A stretch of 64,000 bases of DNA, taken from NCBI GenBank assembly GCA_009914755.4, contig CP068257.2, positions 9,568,001-9,632,000 of the forward strand, in the 5' to 3' direction. Numbering within the stretch: position 1 is the stretch's first letter; each line of letters opens with the position of its first letter. The DNA comes from the human T2T-CHM13v2.0 reference genome, Homo sapiens. The position numbers and the translations under genes were made by a program. Under the pieces are notes generated by a model. The model saw only the letters and a list, made by a program, of their open reading frames with translations. It was not told where the DNA came from and made no database searches. This document shows, in pieces, positions 56,781-64,000 of this stretch.

Positions 56781-58889
56781 ATATCTATCAGTAGAGAATC
56801 AAAATAAAATTCAAGCTATTGTTATACAGTGGGATATAGTACATCACTGATAATTAATACAAATTAATATTACGAACCACTCAAGTTTGAATCAAATATT
56901 AGGTCATGGTATAATGAAATTATAAAACTATTTAGAGTTAAAAACAGGCAAAAATGTCACATTTATTTTAGAATTCATAATTGAATAGTAGAAGAAAGTA
57001 AAAATGCATAGGAATCATCAACATGAAACACAGGAAAAATAAATGAAACATAGGCAGGTGATTGCCTGCAGAGCAAGAAAGTAGAGTTTATTAAGGAGGG
57101 CAGTATGAGAACTATTTAAGATATTTTAGGATAAGAAGCGGTTTTGTGAATTTGAATTCATTATATAACACTTTCTATTTTGTTTTGTTATTCATCATTT
57201 AACATTTTTTAAAAAATATAAAGAATTCTCATAAGTATTTTTAAACTAGAAGACAAATAAGTGGAATGAAACATCTAAATGTCAAATTTTGGTGTGTATG
57301 TCCTATTAATTTCTAAGCAGGGACACCTGGCAAGCAGAAATAACTCTGAGGACATGTGGGATTTTGAATTTTTTGACACCTCTGTAAAGTTATTTGGCAA
57401 GCAATAATAATAGCTACCACTTATTTATCAAGTGTTTACTAATGTACTAAGCATTGGCATATATGGTTTATTACTTCTATCCTATTTAGTATTCAAATCA
57501 ATATGATGTCTATTTTTTGTTCTGTTTTAAAAATAAAGAAGCTAACATGTCCAAGCCACATATTTAGTAAGTATTGGAACTACATCAAAACAAGAAAGAA
57601 ACATTTCAATGGTTTATCCTACTGTCTACTTCCTAAAGGAAAATTATAAATTTGCAGTAACTGATCCAAATACATTTCCAGAGTTACTTTAGCTTTCACA
57701 GTGTTGGCCAGCACAATGTGTTTTTGTTTGTTTGTTTGCTTGCTTCCTTGTTTTTTAAGAACATTCCCATAGTTGACTATTTCAATATTTAATTCTCCAA
57801 TCTTGTATTTTGGGTTTCTCTTGATAAACATCAAAAAAGGTGGAGGCAGTTTACACTGAATAGACTTAAGAAGCTGACCTTTACAAGAAAGTTCAGATGC
57901 TTCATTTTACCACAATTTCTCCACTGCTTAGTTTTATTACACCTAGTCCATATCACGCATTTGGGTTACTTGCCTGGCTCATCTATGACAGAAAAGAAGG
58001 AAAGGAGAAAGGAAGCAAAAGAGAATAAAGAACCTAAATAAGTGCTATTCATCTATTCAGAGCTGTTTCAAAAAATTAAGTAAATGTTTTCTTCAGTATT
58101 CTCAGTCAAATCTTGCTTCATACTTATTATAAATACCCTGAAGGAGTCATACCAATGTGTTCTCTGTAAATGCCATGAACAACACTTTGTTTTTGTATAA
58201 CGGTTTTCATGACTATTGTATTAATAGCACATTTAATAATATTTCAATAGGTCAAAATTATGTCATATGTTTTCTTACAAATTTTTGTCATTTTTTAGAA
58301 TTAATGCTACAGCCCAGAAGATAAATATTATTATGAAAGCTTGTTTGTAAAAAATTTCAGTAATTTTATATCTTTTTGGTAAGATTAATGGCTTCTATTG
58401 TATATATTTACAATGGATATCAATGTTGATATTGAGTTATCCAATCTAATATTTTAATAGCTCCAGCTTGAACTATGAATGGTAGATGACTGTGTTCTGT
58501 ACGTATACCAATATGAGTATTTTTCTATGTTAAAGATTTTACTAGAATCCTTAAATAAACCATAATCATCTAATATGATTTTCTGCTGGAATTTATATAA
58601 TTTATTATCATAAAATATATTGAATTGCTCAGATAAAAATTTTAATTTCTATAAATCTTAATATATAAAAATATGGTCTTCTTCAACAAATTGACATTCC
58701 AAATTGGTTTAGAATATCCTTAAATAATTATAGTTTTATTTTCAAATAAGTTAATTTTACAAATTGTTATCATTTTTAACTTAACTTTTGTGTTTTGTTT
58801 TTTGTTTGTATTTATGTCTTCCCCAAATGTCCTCTTTTTAATGCAAATGTAGAGAAGGCAGACACCTAGAATTCCATCCTAGAATTAAG

Positions 58890-59161
58890 ACGTGACAATT
58901 AACTTTGATTTTGTAAATGCATTGTATGCTGACCTAATAGAAGATGAAAAGTGGAAAAATTTGCACAATGAGTTCAAGAACTCTGAGGAAAAGTATTCAA
59001 AGAGTCTAGTTAAGAAAACCTTATTAAGTGGAAATTTCATACCAGACAAGGCTGCACAGCTTGGAAAAGCCCTGCACTTAAAATTAACTTCAGCCGGTGA
59101 TGTGCTGAGGCTCTTGACTCAAGTACAGGCACACGGGCTGGCTATGATTTGGAGAAACATG
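58890..59161 (+). other. Candidate internal coding exon (open frame ending at consensus donor AACATG|GTAAGT); unverified
   Basis: A ~270-nt frame open from the stop at 58886-58888 through 59161 (..FDFVNALYADLIEDEKWKNLHNEFKNSEEKYSKSLVKKTLLSGNFIPDKAAQLGKALHLKLTSAGDVLRLLTQVQAHGLAMIWRNM). Local GC (~45%) is higher than the flanks, and the donor gtaagt lies at 59162. There is no in-frame ATG and I cannot recognise the product; an ORF of this length can also arise by chance. Confidence 0.22.
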
Positions 59162-60246
59162 GTAAGTCATATGAATGTTAGTTGATAACTAATTTTATTG
59201 TTCATGTGCGGAGGACATAGGGTCAAATGTGCCCCAAGAGGACCTCGAGAAAATATATGTGGGTCTGGATACAGACCTCATGTGACAAAAAGAAGCAATA
59301 ACCGGGAAAGACTGATTCTCTCTGCTTATCATTTAGAACAATCAAAATAACTTTGAAATGAAAAAAACTCTAGGAGTTTTGAAATTATTAAACTGGCATG
59401 TACATATTAAAAGGGAACAAATAAGGAATTTACTACTAATAGGGCATGGGGGAAAGCAGACCCAAAGTTCTAATTAATATTTTAAAATGATGGTATCCAT
59501 TTTCCGGTTTTAAGGTAAGTCCATACTGCTGAAAATTGCTCTATGTTTCTTATCAAATTTATCTATATCAGCATTTATTTTACTTCTAAATTTAATTACA
59601 ATTTTTAAATTCCATTAAAAAAGTTATCTCACATTTAACTATTTGTTACCTTTCCTTCTCATCTTACAATATTACTTCTCTACCTGTCAAACTATATACA
59701 GTCCAGTTCCTATTCCAATTATGGCTATAATTGCGGTACAATTAATCAATTAATTAACAAAGCATAGCAAAAAATCAAAAGAACTTTAAAAAATTATGTA
59801 TAATTGTGATCAATATGATGTTTTTAAATATGTTCAACTATTTATACTATTTTCCTTCTCAAAGAATCATCAGAATGCTGAACACATAAAATAAACATTG
59901 AATAAATTAAAAATAATTTTTCATTCTAAACAATCTAATTTAAGTATAGTTCCTATTTAGACTTAACCATAACACTTTGAAAAACTTGAAAGAATTCACT
60001 GATTTTTTATAAAATTTAAAATTAATACATATTACACAATTTGTAATATGTATTTTTACTTTGAACACAAGGGCATTTTAAATTGAGCTTCTTTGAAATA
60101 TAATTCACATATAAAAATTTCAGAAAATTTTAAGGACCTTTTTCTTTTTACTAATGCTTTGATTAGGATTTCAGTCTGCATACGAATTTGTCATGATTTT
60201 AGCTGAAACTATTTAAATAGATCGCCGCCGGGAAAAAAGGCGGGAG

Positions 60247-60312
60247 AAGCCCCGGCAGGTTTGAAGCTGCTTCTTCGAATTTGCAATTCAATATGAAAAT
60301 CACCTCAGAGCT
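60247..60312 (-). pseudogene. MT-TC: mt-tRNA-Cys pseudo-copy within the NUMT
   Basis: aagccccggcaggtttgaagctgcttcttcgaatttgcaattcaatatgaaaatcacctcagagct is the complement of mitochondrial tRNA-Cys (one substitution relative to the reference). Confidence 0.85.
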
Positions 60313-60377
60313 GGTAAAAAGAGGCTTAACCCCTGTCTTTAGATTTACAGTCCAATGCTTCACTCAGCCATTTTACC
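60312..60377 (-). pseudogene. MT-TY: mt-tRNA-Tyr pseudo-copy within the NUMT
   Basis: tggtaaaaagaggcttaacccctgtctttagatttacagtccaatgcttcactcagccattttacc is the complement of mitochondrial tRNA-Tyr (one substitution). Confidence 0.85.
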
Positions 60378-61130
60378 TCACCAGATCAATACCTTTCCTT
60401 ATCTCTCAATGTCATTAGATATATACATTTTAATCTTAATTTATAGAACAAATATACATATCTTTTTCTGATTATGTGCCTCTAAGTTTGGTAAAAAGTT
60501 CTTGATGCAACCAGTGGACTCAACACTTCTCCTTACTTTGCATTTATAATAATAGGCTTATAGCAGTTTTTTCTCCAAATTAAAGTATAAATATTTAATT
60601 TTTACTTTTAATTTTTAAACGTTACTCAATATTATGTTTATAAAATGACTTCTGGAAAAACATGTCTATTTTCTATCATTTATTATGTCATAATTGAGAG
60701 AAGCAAGAACCCAAATTCATTTAATTATAACACATAAAACTGAATAAATATAGATGACAGATATGTGTTCTTTGTTTTTACATATCTGTTGTAAACCATA
60801 TTACTCAGATTATCTCACTTCTTTCAACTTTTCTAATAAAAGCAATTACCATACCTATGTGGAATGTATTTTAATAGTAATTCGTTTTAATAAAAGTTAT
60901 ATATTTTTAGGAGGTCAAAATAGCAATTTCAATTTATGAAATGTTGACTTTTTAATCTTATTGACATATTTTCTGGAGGCAAATTGTAGAACTATTTGAA
61001 TAGCAACAGAAATTTCCAGTGGAGAGACAGTCAGATACGAAACTTCCGTGAGAAAACTGTATTTATCAGTGACTGAAAATCCTTGGATTAGGACCTAACT
61101 CCCACCTACTTGTTCTTGTAGATACTCTGT

Positions 61131-61190
61131 CTAAATACAGATATAGATAGATACAGATACAGATATAGACATAGACATAGATACAAGTAC
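61131..61190 (+). repeat. (GATA/CAGATA)n-type compound microsatellite
   Basis: cagatatagatagatacagatacagatatagacatagacatagatacaagtacag. Confidence 0.8.
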
Positions 61191-63256
61191 AGTTACATAG
61201 AAAAATGAAATAATATTATAAGATATCCTGAAATATATATAATATGTTAGTTCCTAACATTGTTTTAAAAGTTACTTGTTTAACCAATCAAAGAAGAAAC
61301 AACTTAAACAGACTTTACAAAAATTCATCAGATTTAATAAAGTTGTCTATTCGAAGATAGGGACTTTTTTCTTTTTTAAAAATTAAATGAGAAAGCAACT
61401 ATTGGCAAATTCAAATTCCTTTCTTATCAAAATATATATTTTGAATTTTTATTGTTTAAAACAATATAGAATTTGAATTAATAGCTTAGTAAGGAAATGT
61501 CTTTCCTCAAGACTACAATGTGCTATCTTGCATACAAAATTACCAAATAAACACAGTGGCTGCTGATAAATTTTTACCTAATTATTCAATATGTTTCCCT
61601 TGAAAAATGAATGATTAAATGAATTAAACAACAGTTAAACAATTAGATTCAGTATGAATATTATGTGCATACTGTACATACTTTTGTATTTTCAAGGTCA
61701 ATCATTGCATAGAAAGAAATTAATTTTTTTAAGAAGTTAAAAATATAGTACTTAATCTTGAATAAATTTGTTAACAACTAGGGCACATTAAAATATGCCT
61801 GAAAGGTAGTAAAATTACATTTTAACATTTATACAAGAGGTTGTCTAGAATATTACAAAAGAAAAATAACCTAAAAATAAAAACTTTCCCAAAACAAAGA
61901 CTCAAAAGCAGCCCAAAACTGTTACAACAATAAAAATAATGCTACAATATTTGTTTCTATTTTAATTGAAAAAAGGAAAGGCAGATTTAGTTATTACTCT
62001 AAATAGATACTTTATTGTTGATTTTTCTAGATTTAATAGATTCAATAGTTTGAACTTAAAACCGTATTTCTCAATTTTACTCTAATTTTCTAACCTCAAA
62101 CTTAAAACACATCATTTCCCTCTTTATTTTCCCACCAACCACACACACTAGCCACGTCATTCTATTTGTATTTACCTCATTCTTTTTCACATACTCTTTG
62201 TGTGTGATTCTGCTTTACCATTTTTTAGAATATCTTTTCTCAATTTTTCACCTATGTTAAATATTGTTTTAATATATAGCGTATTAATAGAAAAGCTAAG
62301 GTATAGTAAAGCAAACAGATCAGAAGACAATTGCCATTGAAAAGATACTCACAATTTCCAAGAGAAGGGAGCATGTCACACCAGGGGAGACTACAGGGAA
62401 GAACTCAGGTCCATCAGGAAACAGAGAGAGGGAGGAATTCAGGAGCAAGACCCTAGACTGTGGTGTTTGCAGGAAGAAACCAAGCAGGGTAAACAAGCTT
62501 AGGACTGGCTCATTTGAATAATTTCAGTGGGCTCTGGGGCATAAGAGCTGTCTCTGGTTCTCTGGTTTTTGGCCCTAGCGTGATTAGGACAGAAGCACAG
62601 TGGCCTGGAGTGTGACAGCCCTATAGAGTATGAGTTTGGGAATTGGTTAGTTTGTATTTGTAAAGCCCATCTTCATGAGGAGTTCAGGGGAGACTTCGTA
62701 GCCAGAAGCTGAGGCAAGGTGACTCCAGCATACTATCCATCTTCAAGAACAAGATGTGTCTGAATTGCTGTATGTTATAAAGTTTCGATGTCTAATAGAG
62801 TAAATCTTTCATCCTGTTGGTTCTCTTTGATTTAATTTGCTTTTTTCTCTCTCTCTCTAAGTCCTGTTCTCGGAATAATCCAATCTGATATGTGTGTCAC
62901 TATTCCAAGGAATGAGTAAATCACACTTTATTTTTCTGCTTCTTGTGAACATTAATTTGTTCAGTTTTCTGAAATTTTAAATGCTATTGTGATTTTTTTA
63001 AATTGACAATGCTACTTTGCTTATTGTGTACTTGTCACCAGAAATGCAAGAGCTAAGATGTCTCTGGAAATGGAATTCCTGGGTCACAGGGTTGGCACAT
63101 GATCAACATTATTAGATAATGTTAAATTGTTGTACAATGTAATCACATTAATTTGTATGCCAATAGTAGTATATAAAAGTTTGAATTGCCCTACATCCAA
63201 ACTCACACAAAAATAAATGCAGTCTAAAAATTTATAATGTGATGTATATGAAATTA

Positions 63257-63647
<391 letters not shown>

Positions 63648-64000
63648 TTAAAAAGTCTGCTTATGTATTTTCCTATTTTAATTTTTATGTCTTTTTCTAA
63701 ATCCTTAACAGAGATTAATTGTATCGTGAATTTTACTAGATTGTTATGTACTTGCAAATGTTGCCATGCTCTTTATGATGATTTTTCATTTTACCAATGG
63801 TGATTTAGAAGGAACAGATACTCTTGATATGAGTGGGACCAAACTTACAAATCATCTTGCTCCAGTCAGTTTTTGTGCTGGTTTGAAAATTTTTTTCATA
63901 CTCTGAGATTCAGGCTAAATTGCTTTTAAAATTTTAAAGCTTTGTGTTTCAAATTTATATTCTTGATGAGATGTATAGAGTGAGAATGAGATACATTGTC

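Larger units (their letters stand above)
60223..60382 (+). pseudogene. NUMT: nuclear copy of the human mtDNA segment ~np 5737-5896 (part of the OriL stem-loop, tRNA-Cys, tRNA-Tyr)
   Basis: tcgccgccgggaaaaaaggcgggagaagccccggcaggtttgaagctgcttcttcgaatttgcaattcaatatgaaaatcacctcagagctggtaaaaagaggcttaacccctgtctttagatttacagtccaatgcttcactcagccattttacctcacc matches the human mitochondrial reference (...CCCGCCGCCGGGAAAAAAGGCGGGAGAAGCCCCGGCAGGTTTGAAGCTGC...CACCTCGGAGCTGGTAAAAAGAGGCCTAACCCCTGTC...CCATTTTACCTCACC) with only 2 mismatches. It is a CpG-rich island within AT-rich DNA. Confidence 0.92.

Noticed and set aside
60223-60382. Nuclear tRNA-Cys/tRNA-Tyr genes, or a CpG-island promoter
   Set aside because: The CpG-rich patch is a mitochondrial DNA insert (NUMT). 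The tRNA-like sequences are mitochondrial-type copies on a non-transcribed nuclear fragment, not nuclear tRNA genes, and 160 bp is far too short for a CpG island.
62330-62760. Moderately GC-rich, 'wordy' sequence that may be an old interspersed repeat
   Set aside because: I could not align it confidently to any consensus from memory, so no feature is called.

Overview
This window is human (or closely related hominid) nuclear DNA from an AT-rich, gene-poor region. It is not prokaryotic or phage sequence, so operon, defence-system and CRISPR interpretations do not apply, and I see no sign of a hidden novel biological system. Directly readable in the sequence are: a near-full-length older L1 in antisense (positions 1 to ~5290: ORF2, ORF1 and a long 5'UTR); a 5'-truncated L1PA-type copy in antisense (~51200-53245) facing an independent L1 3'-end fragment in sense (~49530-50175); about ten Alu elements, including a very young AluY with a perfect 16-bp target-site duplication and an AluYb8 with the diagnostic 7-bp duplication; a complete MaLR (THE1/MST-type) element with both LTRs, its internal region and a 5-bp TSD (22712-24980); a solo MaLR LTR and several MLT1-like LTR fragments; one Alu split by a ~0.9 kb nested insertion (17306-18228); a processed ribosomal-protein L7a (RPL7A) pseudogene fragment on the minus strand (42856-43432), into which the young AluY has inserted; a ~160-bp near-identical copy of the human mitochondrial OriL / tRNA-Cys / tRNA-Tyr segment (NUMT, 60223-60382); and microsatellites including a ~245-bp (TTTC)n tract grown from an Alu tail. 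No convincing protein-coding gene, CpG island or promoter is visible. The only weak candidate exon is an open frame ending at a consensus GTAAGT donor at 59161. Almost all ORFs in the supplied six-frame track fall inside repeats or low-complexity DNA and are artefacts; the GTG-initiated 'M' calls also assume a bacterial translation table that is not relevant here. All coordinates are by-eye estimates (typically +/-10-30 bp) and family names are from memory of consensus sequences. No database search was run.
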